From the NCBI RefSeq assembly GCF_006345805.1, contig NC_043005.1:96472001-96536000 (forward strand): a stretch of 64,000 nucleotides of DNA, in the 5' to 3' direction. Source of the stretch: Octopus sinensis. Taxonomy: Eukaryota. The notes below the pieces were generated by a model. That model was given only the letters and a program-made list of their open reading frames with translations. It was not told the origin of the DNA and did no database searches. A program made the position numbers and the translations under genes. Shown here piece by piece: positions 1-15,014 of the stretch. Numbering within the stretch: the first letter of the stretch is position 1; each line of letters starts with the position of its first letter.

Positions 1-581
1 TATATGTATTATATATATATAATATATTATATATATATGTATTATATATATATATATATATGTATTATATATATATATATAATATATATGTATTATATAT
101 AATATATATATATGTATTATAATATATATATATGTATATTATATATAATATATATATATATATATGGTATATATATATATATATATGTATTATATATATA
201 TATATCTATATATATATGTATTATATATATATATATATGTATTATATATATATATATCTATATATATATGTATTATTATATATATATATATATATGTATT
301 ATATATATGTATTATATTATATATATATATATATGTATTATATATATATATATATGTATTATATATATTATATATTTATATATATTATAATATATATATA
401 TATTGTATTATATATATATATATTGTATTATATATATATATATATGTATTATATATATATATATTATGTATTATATATATATATATATGATTATATATAT
501 ATATATATGTATTATATATATATATATATATGTATTATAATATATATATATATGTATTATATTATATATATATTTTTTTTT

Positions 582-623
<42 letters not shown>

Positions 624-977
624 TATATATCTATATATATATATATATTATATATATATTATATTATATATATATTTTATATATAATATAGATATTATAT
701 ATTATATATATATTATATTTATATTATATATATATATTTATATATAATATATATATATATTTTATATATATATATATATATATAATATATATATTATATA
801 TATATGATTATATATATTATATATATATGATATATATATTATTATATATATATGATTATATATATATATATATATGATATATATATATATATATGATATA
901 TATTATATATATATGATTATATATATTATATATATATGATATATATATATAATATATATATATTATATATATATGAT

Positions 978-1028
<51 letters not shown>

Positions 1029-1138
1029 TATATATATATGATATATAATATTATATATATATGATATATATATATTATATATATATATATTTATATGATA
1101 TATATATATATATATATATTATATATAATATATATATA
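1..1138. repeat. Compound (TA)n-based microsatellite, almost pure A/T
   Basis: Continuous TA repeats with sparse TATGTAT/TATGAT variants; the I/Y-rich ORFs here are artefacts. Confidence 0.97.
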
Positions 1139-3130
1139 CTGCCAAAACAAAACAAGCATACATACTTTTTCCCTAGCAGTAATTTCTGTTTAAATAGCTT
1201 GGTTGTCTTCTATCAAATATATGGCTACCTTTTCTCTTGGTTATGTTTTTACATTTTAACGATCCTAGTGTTTCTTTCCGTTCTGATGGTGGTTATTGTT
1301 TTTCTGTTTTGTTTTTCGAAAAGTTTTTTGTAAATTTTGAGTTTATTTTCCAAGTTGTTTTCTAAATAATTCTTTTTTCTTTTTGGTTAAAAAAAATTCT
1401 TTTACTATTGCATAAAAATATTATAAATAAACATTCTACTTTATGATTTGTTAGTATTTTTAGAAGTTACTTGTTTGACATATTTTTTACTTAATGACAA
1501 CTACAAACAAAAACAAGAATAAACTCCAAGCAGCAAAAAAGAAATAAAGAAAGAAAATGTTTAAAGTTAATTGATAGTTAATTATATTAAAAATTAAAAT
1601 GACCTATTTAAGACTTTATAATAATCCTTATGTAATGTTCTGTGAAAATCTATTTGAATATAAAACATCAAAAATATTTTTAAATCTAATAAAATGAAAT
1701 TATATTTTTGTAATTTTTTCTTTTTTTTTCTCCCTTTCAAAATATCTACTCAATACATCTTATTTTTACTTGAAAGTAAATAGAATTAAAAATCAAAAAA
1801 TCAAAAATATGCCAAAAAAAAAACATTGGCACACAATAGGCATACTTTTGAAGAGGGAATAATTTACTTCCATGGACTCATTGATAAATATTACATTTTC
1901 AATGTTCTTAATTCCTGCTAATGTTTTAACTATATTCCACTTTCTGCCTCTTTGTTGTTCTATCCTTGTGTAACTATAATATCAATACAAATTTAGTTGT
2001 ATTTTTAAGCTTCAAAACTCAATATATGAAGACTTTTAAGTTGGTTTTTTTTTTGTTTCTTTTTGTATTTACTAGTCAAATACTTCAAATGTTTCTTGGA
2101 TGTTATAATTAATTCAAAAAAAACCCCCAAAAATGTTGGCCAATAGTAGAGAACAAGAGGTAGGTGCTCAATGAGTTGCGTTCATAACCCAGTTTTAATT
2201 CCTATTTGAAGCTATTTCACTGACAGTATTAAAGCCTTTAAGGAAAGTATGTAACATCTTTTGATCTCTAAAATTCCAGACAAACTATGACATTTCTCTG
2301 TGTGTGATAGCAATTATTTTAACGGATACTTGTTTTTTGAAATTTCATGGTCATCTTTTTGTATATCTAAGATTATAGAGGCTGTTCTCTGCCCAGTGTT
2401 TTTAAAAGGCTATCATTTGCAGTAATTTGGCTGCAATTCCTCACTGTTTCAGTGATTGCAGAGAGGCTATCTTATGGTACTGGTAGTTGAGGAACTGTGT
2501 ATATGTGTGATTGACAAGAAAATAAAAGAATTATTTTTAATATAAGACAGACAGACAGGCACACACACACACACCGTTTCATTCATCATTATTGTCTAAC
2601 TTCCATTTTACCATACTTACAGGGGGTCAGACAATTCTTTTGAGGCAGGTATTCTATGCCCAGATGCCCTTCCTGTCACCAACCCTCATTAATTTTCACG
2701 TGAATGCACACACACATAAACATGTAAACACATGTATAAATGGGTGTAGGCTTACAAAGAGTTGGAGGACAATTTATTGTCCTTCAGCTCTGCACTTATG
2801 AAGTCAAATAAAAAGAAAATCTCTTACTCGTAAAGCAGGTGAGAATTAGTGACAGGAGGGGTACCTGGCTGCAAAACAATGCCTTAATGTGTATAGGGTC
2901 ACCGTAAAAATTGGGATACATAGGCAAGAATGACAAACTCATATTCAATTTGCAGAAGAAAAAAATAAGAATGTTAGTGATATTTCTATAGCCTGACTTT
3001 TCAGTCACCCTGATTTTGTCCAACTCATATTAAGATGGATGAACAGATGTTAAATGAGCAATGATATTGAATTAATAAGTCAGTCTCTGCTTGTCAATTG
3101 AATTTTTTTTAATGACAGTTTAACAATTAA

Positions 3131-3352
3131 TCCTTTCGTTACCAACCCTGCCAAAACCGGCTCTGGCTCTGTCATACAAATGTCTTGTTTTCATAAGTTT
3201 TGCATTAAAATATACCACCAAACATTAGTCGCAATTTATGTTCCAAACACTTGTTTAATGATAACTAAGTTATTTTACTAAATTCTTTGTTATATTTAAA
3301 ATTAATTGAAAGAAACACAGAGCATCTCAACAGAAATATGGTAACAAAAGGG
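3131..3352. mobile_element. piggyBac-type MITE
   Basis: TTAA on both sides; ends TCCTTTCGTTACCA ... TGGTAACAAAAGGG are inverted repeats matching the element at 34218-35233. Confidence 0.8.
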
Positions 3353-5350
3353 TTAAATTACAAAAGTTAATAGATCCAAAAGTATTCGTTAAGACTGAAA
3401 TATTTTACTGGCTGGCTTTCATTGGGATTTATTCTAAGGATAAGCTTACAGTTTAAGTAGCTATGATGGTGCAGCTGGTTTCCTTTTGTATAGTGTAAAA
3501 TGAACTGGTGATAAGAAATGAAGTTTATCCACTTTGTTATAGCAGATAGAAGATGGTGAACTGATGGAGTCAGTAGAGCATCAGATGTATTTCTTATGTT
3601 CCACTTCTCAGCACTTTGGGTTCAAATCCTGCTGAGGTTGTATTCTGTTTCTTGAATTTGTTTACATTGCATTGTGGTAATGATTGGAGAGAATTACTCA
3701 TAGCAGCCCTTTCTTTATAAATGGAGGAGGGTTGAGCAAGGGGTTTAGAGCCTCTTCTCACAGAAAAAAAAACGTTTCTGGAACCATCCAAGGACAATCT
3801 GCTGTACAGCAGAGTGCAGATCAGAAATAAGAAGAGATATCTAATATAAAGCTCACATGCATGTGTTTATGTGCAACAGTGTTTGGGTTTTCTATGTTCT
3901 CTTGTTGGCATTTCAGTAGCAATGAAAAAAAATGATGGTGCAGGGCTGCTGACTCAACACCATCTTCCTTTCTCAACCAACCTTGCGACTGACTATAGCA
4001 CAGTGTCCAATTGCATCTAGGAAGTTTGAATGGTGCTCTGTTTTCTTGTTTATATTTTATGAAAGTTGTGAGATGGTTTCAACAAAAATTGAAGCTAGGT
4101 TGTGGATGCAGTTTGCTTAAAGTTTACCTCTGATGCCTTCTTGTGTCCAACACAGGAGACACATTCCCAATATTACTTGGGAATCAATTGGCCTCTGCCC
4201 AACAGAGCTGACTCTCTTCTCATATGCTCAACACTTTACAAACATTAAATATTTAATGCATGTATATACACATGGATGAAATAAGCTAAATCATTAGTAT
4301 TATCATGTGCCATGTATTGTGTCTAGAAATGACTTCATCCAGTTTTGTTGTTTCAGAAATTATTTAAAATAATGCAATGATTAAAATGACTGCTTAAAAA
4401 ATAAGTTTAAAAAATGTCTGTGATTGAATCAAAATATTTGATTATCTGCTTTTAAAATTTTGATCACTACATTTTTTGCTCTTTTTTTTAAAACATATTT
4501 TCATCTGTATTTTCTTGTATTTTGAAAACATTCAGAGAATATTCGAATTCTAAGATGTGTGTGTATAATTTGGTCAGAAGTGAGGATTGTGTCCAAGTCC
4601 CATTTTAGGGCTTCTGAGACTGATTTGAGGAAGGAAAGTTTCCTCAATTAGAAAACTGACCCACATGCTTGCAATAGTGTAGGCTTCTGTACTGAAGCCC
4701 CCAACCTCAAGGATCGGGGGGGGGGGGGGTTAAACCAAAGCAGGCCAGGGTGGGATTTGAACTCAGGATGCAAAGAGTTGAAAGAACAGAAGAAACCCTG
4801 CAGAGCATCCTGTCTGACTTTCTAATCATTCTATCAGTCCACTGATAGGATTTTATTTTATCAGTTGCCCCTCCTTGAGAGATGAAAAGCAAAGTTGGAC
4901 TCAGCAGGTTTTGAACTCAGAACACCACCCCAAAAAATACTGCAAGGTATTTTGTCCGATGTTCCAATGACTTTGCCAACTCACTTTCAATGTTTGATTT
5001 GCATAAAGACTATAAAAATTGGTTCTATTGAATACTGATTTTTATTTTCATTTTTTTTGTTGTGTACTACTAGACATTTTTTTTCTTTGATTTCTATACC
5101 TCACAAACTTACTGTGATGATATCTAAAGACAATTCGTATGGAAATGAATAAATGGCGATTTTCTTTTCCAAATTTTGTTTGGAATATCTTCTAAATTTC
5201 ATTCCTATATGAAATATTTAAAAAAAAAAAAATCATTTCTGATAAACCTTTTTATTTATCTAACAAAATTATTTTGGAATTTTAGTATGCTAATATGTGA
5301 TATTTGAAGTGAAGTAGTTAAATTAGATGCAGAACATTGTTAAAAACGAT

Positions 5351-5675
5351 AAACTGCATGTCTGCACACTTACCTCAGACCAGAAATGCACCTGTGCAGA
5401 CTCATTAGTTACAATCTGCGTCTTTCCAGATTCACCAGCAACAAATTGTTGACTCATAAGCACCAGAGTGTATCTGAGAATTCACTAGCGCCAAACTGCA
5501 TCTCTGCAAACCAATCTGCACAAAACTGCATGTATGTAAACTCAGTAACACCAGGTTGCATTTCTGTAGACCCAACAACACCAAACAGCTAACAACAACC
5601 TGCAAACTCCCCAGTTCCAAACTGCAGTTCTTTAGATTCACCAGCACCAAACTGCATGACCAGCAACACACTATG
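5351..5675. repeat. Degenerate 30-bp tandem repeat with coding-like 10-aa periodicity
   Basis: AACTGCA-type anchors recur at 5494, 5524, 5554, 5584, 5620 and 5650; the minus strand reads MQFGAGESKE/LQFGTGEFAG/MQPGVTEFTY/MQFGASEFSD with stops. Confidence 0.75.
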
Positions 5676-8194
5676 CAATGTTATTCTTCTCATAAGTTCT
5701 GCATTTTATTCAAAAACGTTTTTTTTTTTTGCTCTCAGTATGATAATTCTACATCTTGTAGCTTTATGTAAATATAGCTGCTATTATTTATCATACAACT
5801 TCATACATATTCTAGGAATCAGTTCTTGTGAAAATGTGTCTGCCAGCTGGTTTGGATTCTCAGTTGAAATGATTTTCTTTCACTTCTACCATTAATATCT
5901 TTGGGAAAAGAATAAATTTCACAGCAGGAATTAAACCCAATACTGCAAACTAAAAAAGCATGTTGGTTATATGACGTATCTAACTCTTAATCTTTGCAGT
6001 GGTAATATGCTTTTCCTCATAGCTTGCAATTTACAGAGTTGGGCTATTAAATACTATCTTTCCTTGACAGTCACTGTGGTACTGGTGATAGAATTTAAAC
6101 CAGTCATCCATTGTCTGCTGTGTTACCACCTTATCAGCTTTAGCACTCAATGTTTAATTTATAGTCTTATTCCTTAAGATGTCGACATTTTCTTGCAACA
6201 TATACAAACACACATGTGCTTGTACATGTGATATGGATGGAGCTTAAATTTATGAAGTACATGCTAATCTTTGCTTCCTTATGTCTTCACTGCAGCGTAA
6301 TCTCTTGTCCTACAAAATTACCATAAATTATGTTAATCCAACAACATGATTTTTGTCATAAACTTCATCTTTTATGCAGCACCATATTCTTTAAGCCTTT
6401 CATATACATATATAACTACATGCAAATATAATTACAGACTTCATTTCTTTTCTTTTTGGGTTATTTGTTCAAATTGAATATTGGTTCAAATTATTTTAAG
6501 TTTAAATCAAAGAGGCAAATTTCAACTCAGAAACTTTTGTTCTCAGTTTTTTTTTTATTAAAAAGGTTTTTTTTTAAAATTCAAAACCAATTTGAATTTT
6601 ATCATTTTTTTTTGTTCATTTTCAATTTTGGGTTCCTGAGAAACTAAGTTAATTTTTTAATTTTAAGTATATACCATGAAAATTAAAAAAAAAAAATTCA
6701 TTGGAATTTAAATGTGTTTGGATTTTAATATTTTTTTTTTTTACTATTTAGGGAGTTATTTTGATATATGATCTTGATATTTATTTCTGTTTTGTATTAT
6801 AGAATTTTAATTGAAAGTTCTGTTGGTTCATTTTGAATATATTAAGATATGTATTCCTGGATAAACTAAACACTGAAAATGTATATTTACTGGAGTAAAC
6901 TAAAAAATTATAGTTATAATTCATGTTCTTCAAATATTGTAAAGCAAGTCTTTGATGTGATGTCTTTTTTTGTCTGTTTTTATTTCTCTCTCATTTTTGT
7001 ATATTTTATCAGCTGTCTGTGATGGAACGATGATTTCATTATTCCATCTATCTCTGTTTTCATAGAAATGTTTTATATGTTGCCATGTAACTCTTTGATC
7101 TCAAATTGCTATTTGTAATATAGGATAAGATTAATTTATTTCATCAGTAAAAAAAAAAAATCATTAGATTATAAACCTCATCTGTTTTTTTGTAGCTTTA
7201 TAACATTTTGGTTAGGATATTCTTCACTGTTACAAGCTATCTTATATTTTGTTTGGGGTATTTTTCCATCCTCTTCAATGACCATATTTGTCCTCTCACA
7301 TGACTGCTTGTAGTCATTGTTGTGCAATACATGTGACAAATGCCTATTTAATAATGTATTTGTGAGATGATGTAGTTACAATAACACAAAAACCTATTTA
7401 TTTTAAATGCAAAAACATTTATTTTATCATTAACAAACAACAAAGAAAGGATGCTTACACCAAGATAGTTTGAAGCTTGTATAAGATGTTGATGGACGAG
7501 GTATAATGGTAGTCTTCATCACAAGTTTCTTGAAATTGGTTGGTCATGGTGTGTTGCTGCCACCTCTGTCCGTTGTTTTTGGGATGTAATACTGCTCTGG
7601 TCTGCTACTGACTTTTGTCTGTTGTGTTATGGCAAAAATACACTGAATATATAGTGATGCTCTTGGTCATGAAAAGTCTACCAAAGATGAAATTGTTATT
7701 AGATCTGGTTCCACAGGAAATCTTGAAGGGTCACACATATTGATGATGATCATAACATTTTAGGGAATCACAATCTTTAGTTGAATGGGTTTTTTTTCAT
7801 TGGATTTAGCGATCTGGGTTTGATTCCTAAGTTTTTCAACTGCTAAATATTCCTGCTACAATGTGTTACATACCAGCCATTATCATAGCTAAAGGTCTAT
7901 ATTTTTGGATTGAGGCAATAAGGGTGTTGCCAGGGTAGGAGTGTTCTGGTATGAGGCAGTGTACTGGGCAGCCTCTTCAAAACTCACAAAAGTCGTGCTC
8001 AATCCTGAAGGCTATCTAAGTGTTGCTGTGAAGTTATTCCTACCATTTGACACCTATTTACGGCTGAGTAGACTGGACCATTTGAAAGTTATGTCTAGGC
8101 CATCAACATAAAACTGTGTTGGTGACATACTAATTACCAGCCTCTCATCTGTTTATTCATATCCTTGTAACTGGAGCATGTGTGTGCGTGTGCG

Positions 8195-8452
8195 TGTTGA
8201 ATGCGGGCATGACCAAGAGGTTAAGAATTCTTACTTTGTTATGAGATCTCAGGTTTGATTCCATGCACCAGGCAGTATCTTGGGCAAGTGTCTTCTAGCA
8301 TAACGTCTGCTTGACTTAAGCCTTGTGAATGTGACAGGTGTGTGGAAGTCTGTCGCACACTGCTACATTGATTGTGTCAGAGATATAAATTACAATGCAT
8401 AAGTCTGTGGAACACACTGCTACTTACCTGCTAATACAATTAATAGGGTCTT
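8195..8452 (+). mobile_element. tRNA-derived SINE, degenerate
   Basis: A/B-box-like head (GACCAAGAGGTTAAG ... GGTTTGATTCC) followed by the CTTGGGCAAGTGTCTTCTA core shared with other SINE copies in the window. Confidence 0.7.
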
Positions 8453-8760
8453 TGGTTGTTTGAAGACAGGATCTTTTTTTTTTTTTTGTTTTCACCTTGA
8501 TCTCAGATTGCTTCTAGAAACTTTTATTTTATTTTGTGCACAACATGGTGGATAAGATTACTAAAATCCAATTCCGTGAAAATTAAATATAGTTTGAGTT
8601 CAGTCTCAGGTGAAGTATGAATAGTATGAATATATATATATATATATATGTACATATATAGATATAGGAAATATGTGAGTCAAATACTAAAGCATCAACC
8701 CCTAAAGATGTAGTATAGCTAGAAACCAAAATGAAGTTATAGTTAGGTGAGTATTCACTA

Positions 8761-8793
<33 letters not shown>

Positions 8794-9980
8794 CACACAC
8801 ACACACAAGACGAAGACAGGTGAGGGAACAACAAGCAGGTATATTAGTTTGATGCTCAAGAAAAATGGAATCGTTTTTGACATTTTGAGCCTATGCTCTT
8901 TGACAAAGGGTTGAGTGGAAATACACACACACAAGTTATTTGATCTTTTTGACTATTTTGCAAATAGGTATTTTTTTTTTACCTGCAAAGAAAAATACAA
9001 GAAGCAGTGATTAACAAATACAACTCTCACAAAACATTGGCTTGTCTAACAGAAGTTTAGAACCAGTTCTAAACTAATTTGTTGATTAAAAAAAAAATTT
9101 AATAATTTTTCAGTTTTTTTTTTTTTGTGTGTTTAATAATTGTTTATTGGGATTAAAAACAATAACTAAAGCTTAATTTTCTATGTGCTTTGATGGAAGA
9201 ATTTTTTTCTCACCAAAGAAGCCAAGCATGGGTACATTAAATAAAGGAAAGTCCCTGTGATGGCTCTTTAAATGTTAAGAAGTTTCTGCAAGTAGATGCC
9301 ATTTCCTTCATAAGAAATTTTAATTTTTTTTCCTATTTTGAGACTAAACACAAATTTGATGTATGTTGGAAAGGTATATATAGATCAGTGAGCCCTGTTT
9401 TATTGCCCTAGAAAGGAAAAAAAATGACTTTTGCAGGTTTGGAACTTGTTAGTTTGACAAAGTATATCTCATAAATATTGAATATAAATATCAACCCTCC
9501 ATACAAAAAACTGCATTGGATTATAAATTGATAAGAGTGATTTATTTTATTTAATATAAACTTGTGGGTATGATTGATTAGCTCCCTCTTGTGATTTTGA
9601 TTAAAATAGTTGCAGACATAATTGTGTCTTCAAGAATCACTCTTTGCAACTCTGTAGCTTTGGGTTTAATCTTACTGTGTAAAACCTTGGGCAAGTTTCT
9701 TCTAGCATAGCATTAGGTGAATCAAAGCCTTGAATGAAATTTGGTTGACACAGCATTTGTGGAAGCTCATCTGAGGGACTGTTTTTGTCCGTAGGTCATA
9801 GGCTTATGCTGTCACCTTGTTTAACACCACTACAACCTAGGCCCTTGGGTACTTTTAGTGAAGTCCATTCTCTTGCAAGCATTCTGGTTTGAGGATAACT
9901 TGCTCCTTTTCTCTGATCAACCTCAAAAGATTTGGAAAGGATCAGGAGTGCTGTTTTCCCTTTTCCAGCACACAACACAA

Positions 9981-10027
<47 letters not shown>

Positions 10028-10028
10028 C

Positions 10029-10077
<49 letters not shown>

Positions 10078-10089
10078 ATAATAATAATA
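9981..10089. repeat. Compound trinucleotide microsatellite (ACT)n(ACC)n(ACT)n(AAT)n
   Basis: Seen directly; it produces the poly-T/poly-L/poly-P ORFs. Confidence 0.97.
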
Positions 10090-10668
10090 CAAAGAAGATA
10101 ACTATTTTCTATTCACTTTCATTTCTGTTTAATTGATATCTCACAAAGAAATTTGTAGAATATGTTATTAATTTAACACTAGTTTGGGTTTTGCATACAT
10201 AGAATATTATTATTTATCCCTCTGTAAAAAAAAAAAACACGATTATTTTTCACATTATTCAATTAGGTACATTTAAGTGGCAAAGAAAATCCTGTTGTTG
10301 TCAGTAATAAGTAAGTAATCTGGTGTGACCCATCCTAATAAACTCGTTATTTAACCATTGACAATATGATTCACTCTGATAAGTTTTGATACTGCCAAAT
10401 TTTAATTTTGTTTTTAAACTGCTGACAGCCAAGTTGGCAGTAAGGTATACGACACTGATGAAGTGGCTACAAGTTTTGTATTCTGTCCATGACCATATAT
10501 AACTGCCAGTGACCTAGTCTTCCTAGCTGCAAGTAAATACCAAACAGTGGAAACACTATAACAAGTCTTTTGTCTTAATTTAATTTTCAGTCTTCAATTC
10601 AGCTCTTTCCATGACTAAGATTAGAAGAGGTGTTGAACCCTATTGATCTCACATATATATATGCCCCA

Positions 10669-11070
10669 GAAGGTGGTGAGCTGGCAGAAATGTTAGCATG
10701 CCGGGCGAAATGCGTAGCCGTATTTCGTCTGCCGTTACGTTCTGAGTTAAAATTCCGCCGAGGTCGACTTTGCCTTTCGTCCTTTTGGGGTCAATAAATT
10801 ATGTACCAGTTATGCACTGGGGTCGATATAATCGACTTAATCCATTTGTCTGTCCTTGTTTGTCCTCTCTGTGTTTAGCCCCTTGTGGGTAGTAAAGAAA
10901 TAGGTATTTCGTCTGTCTTTATGTTCTGAGTTCAAATTATGCTGAGGTCAACTTCACCTTTCATCCTTTTGGGGTTGATAAATTAAGTACCAGTTGCATA
11001 CTGGGGTTGATCTAATCGACTGGCCCCCACTCCCCCAAGTTTTGGGCCTTGTGCCTAGAGTAGAAAAGAA
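10669..11070 (+). mobile_element. SINE cluster (GAGCTGGCAGAA...GAGGTCGACTTTGCCTTTCATCC family)
   Basis: Two tandem copies of a family that also occurs at about 13711-13941, 36265-36445, 48250-48830 and 61030-61290. Confidence 0.8.
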
Positions 11071-13574
11071 TATATATGCCCCATGTAGCTACTGCCATAG
11101 TCTTTGGTCCTTAGACATGATAAGGAAAAAAAATGACTTCTGTTTTTTTCTAAAATTTTCCCACTCTTCTAAAAGTTTGTCTTTTTATAATTTTTTTTTT
11201 TTCAATTTTGTATTTTTACACTATATTAATGTAAGAAATTTTAGAACTGAAGGAAAATTTATTGATGTTTTCTATGAGATCTGTTGATACATTCCAGACT
11301 GCTGCTGTGAAATACACCTTGAAAATTTTTTTGTTTATATATATATTCAAAGCTATAACAATAAACTTATTGAATTTAAATTTTACAATTACAATATTTT
11401 TATTTTGTAAAATATATTTGATTAAAAGAGTAGATTTCTTTCATCATCTTTAAAGCTTTTATTCTACAGTTTCTTCACAAATTCTCTTTTTCTAAGAGAG
11501 TAAAAATGTGTTTCAGTATGAGTAATTTACAATGTGTAAAGGGAGTTATATATGAATAACATTAGAGATGAAGTTACCAAGTGGACAAGGAAAAAGGATC
11601 ACCAGTTCATAGGTTGTCGGTTCTATTTGCTCCAGACATTTCAGTACACTTAATTTCCAACTGTCAAATCTGAGAATGTTGCCTTCAATTAACTGGTGTT
11701 GTATCCTTGGGAGAGATTTATTTCCCATCTGCTGAATGTTATTGAATCTGCTGATTGCGTTGGTTCTTACGAATCTATGGTATTGTTGATAATGTAATTA
11801 ACAGACTATGATTAAGAAGACATTAGTTATCACATAATTAATAGTATTTTCAAATGCTGTAAATTTAAACGAATTATCTTTTATGCACATCTGTATATTG
11901 GGAGTCTCAGCTTCAGATGACGTTTGAGTAGTTTGTGACTTAGAATCTGGCAAAATATAACAGTTTATATTATGTGCTGATGCCAGTACCCCCTCAAAAG
12001 GTAATCTGGGTGATTGAAGACTTGTAGCAATCTTAATTCTCAAATGCAAATGAAATCATTCAAACCACTAATGCCATTAAGAAAATATTCAGCATCACAA
12101 CTTTCTATTTCCGCTTTCCCTAAAATATGAGTCTTTGTGCCTTGTCAAAATGAAGCAATATTTATCTAATCAGGCATATGTTGTAGAACAAGAGAAAAAG
12201 CCAAGCCTGTGACCTTGTTTCTCCATTTGATGGTGTTACACTTCACTGACTCAATTGGTTCAAATGTTACAACTTTCCATTTCATCTCAAAAGCACTTGA
12301 CCTTTGTGCCTCATTGAAAGAAACATATTTTTACTCAATCTTAACAAATATTCATTTGTTTGTTAGGATTTCACCAGAAGAATTACTCTAACCTTATGGC
12401 AACTTTCAATTGGTTTAACTATATTTTTGTTTGTGTTTTTCATTCCTAACTATAAAGACAGTTAAACATGTTGACCATCAAAACATTTCAGAAGGAACAG
12501 TTTAAGTGTTATGAAGTTGCTATTTTAAATAAAAGAGGAAAATGTAGATTAAAATTTACTATAAAAAGAAACAAAAACAAAAAACAAAACAAACTTATTG
12601 AGAAAATTAAAGAATATCATACAAAGATGCATATCTAAGCCTACAAGATTTAGTTGTCTTGTTTAGCATTACTACATACATTCTTATGAACATAATCATT
12701 ACCTTTGGCATTGATGAAATGAAAATAAGTAAAATATTTAAAGAAAATTAAAAGCTAAATATACTATTTAAAAAAAATTTCTATGACTCTTGTATATAAT
12801 TGTATGTTATTGTTGCTATTTTTATACAAAACAAATTGTCAAACTGCTCTATGATCTTGACATCTTTTTGGTGTTTTTGCAGATAAGTAACTTTCTGTCT
12901 AATGTTGCTTGAAACAGTGTTGAACACTGTGGAGGCAACCTCTGGATCAGGCAAGTCTGTGACTCTGTTTTAATTCTTTGGGAAAAGTTTGAATGTCACA
13001 GCATCTTGTTTTTATCCCTTCCCTATAAATGTTTGTTTTGATAATAATAATAAAAAAAATTCTGCTCAACTCAATTGTTCTGTCATACTTGCTTTAATTA
13101 TTAATAAAAAAAACCGACAAGATTAATTGTTTCTAGCAATGAAAGATGAACTAGATGAATGAAGTGAACATAATTCATAAATGGTTTCTAATTAAAGGAC
13201 AGGCCAACAATTTTGAGTGGGGGTGGGGTTAGTCAATATGAGTGAGCCCAGTACATGACGGGTATGTTATTTTATCAAGCCTAAAAAGATGGAAGGCAAA
13301 GTTGACCTTGGTGGACAAATACTGGGGTTGATTTAATCAACTGTTCCCACATAAATTTGTGGCCTTGTGCTAATGTTAGACATTAATACTTACTTTAGAA
13401 AATGTAAGTAGTTTAGGATATATGCTCAACTGTTAACACTTAGAGGACATTCAAAATCATAAAATTGAATGAATATAAAGTTTATGTTTGCTTGTTGCTT
13501 TTTGTCATGTTTTATTTGGAGATATATTTTTCTCCTATCAATATAATTTTTTATGCTTCATTATTAGTTCCTAA

Positions 13575-13941
13575 AGGTGTGTGATCTAGTGGTTAGGGTG
13601 TTGGACTCACAACTGGAATGTGATATGTTCAAATCCCGAACAGTGTGGTGTGTTGCATCCTTGTGCAATGCAGTTTATTTTCAAGTCTACTCAGCTGAAA
13701 TGAGTACCTATTTCTTTACTACCCACAAGGGGCTAAACACAGAGGGGACAAACAAGGACAGACAAATGGATTAAGTCGATTACATCGACCCCAGTGCATA
13801 ACTAGTACTTAATTTATCGACCCCAAAAGGATGAAAGGCAAAGTAGACCTCGGTGGAATTTGAACTCAGAACGTACCGGCAGACGAGATACTGTTAGGCA
13901 TTTCGCCCGGCATACTAACAATTCTGCCAGCTCACTGCCTT
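13575..13941. mobile_element. SINE copies (tRNA-like head on +, second family on -)
   Basis: GATCTAGTGGTTAGGGTG...GTTCAAATCCC head, then the reverse complement of the 10669 family. Confidence 0.75.
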
Positions 13942-14981
13942 AGTACCGGCAGTAACTGGGATAACTTTGTAGCTGATTGATTGTAAACCATTCAGAGGGA
14001 AATACTTGTGCCTTGAGTCACACCTTGGAAATTGGGATAAGGTCTGGCATAATGTGCCATAAAGCTTGAGATAAATTTTAACTTAACTTGAAATTTTTCT
14101 TCAGTAATTTTGAAGCATTACCCTCCTATTTTATTGTTGCCTAGTTACTGATTAGTGGTTGTAAAAATAATAGGTAGGGGTGGAGGTAAACAAATGTAAC
14201 CCCCCCCCATCCCCAAATTAAATCCTATTACAAATACTAACGGGGTAAGAAGAGGAGAACACTAGTGAAGCAAAGATATTTTAATCTGGTAAGCACAGGA
14301 GACAACTTGTTGGTCATGTTCTGTTCTTATTAACTTCCTTAGCAAAGCATAGATTTAGCTAGACTTAATGAAGTATTGATAATGAAATCATTAATTAGTA
14401 CCACAGTATTGCATTCCAAGTAGATGTGGAAAATTAGCATATTCAAATGCTAATTGATATCCCAGTATCTGTATTTAAAACATTATTGCACCTATGATAG
14501 AAAAGAAAACAGACACAGACTGATTTCATTCCTATTTCATTCCTATTTAGCAATAAGAAAGATATCCAGTTGTAACAACTGTTACTATACTTACTCCTAC
14601 CAGTATACATTGCATTCATGCTTGTGTGATTGTAAAGCAGGTCTAGAAAATATTATCAACCAATTGTAAATTTATCAGCTGGAGGAGGTAAATATATGAT
14701 CTGAGAAATATAACTGACAGATGCGTATATGTTGTTAGTTTGTATATGTATAATGACATCATCATTTTAATGTCCAATTATCCATGTTTGCCTGGATTGG
14801 GTGTGGAATTTGTTGAGGGGAATTTTCTACAGTGAGATGTTCCTGTTACCAAATCTCATCTGTTTTCAAGTATGGTTATATTCCTCATGATGTGATATTG
14901 TTTTCATGGAAGATTGGAAACAAATGACACCTCTTGCATGTTGGTGACATTTGTTTACATAAAGTCAAGGCAAGGAGACTA

Positions 14982-15014
<33 letters not shown>

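Noticed and set aside
112-686. I/Y-rich ORFs up to 184 aa
   Set aside because: Translations of the TA microsatellite.
10454-10480. CTGATGA as a hammerhead core or snoRNA box C
   Set aside because: No GAAA/stem II partner and no box D at a suitable distance.
11546-12120. Minus-strand ORFs of 60 and 83 aa as a second protein-coding gene
   Set aside because: No recognisable domain, and I could not link them to other exons in frame; more likely UTR or non-coding sequence.
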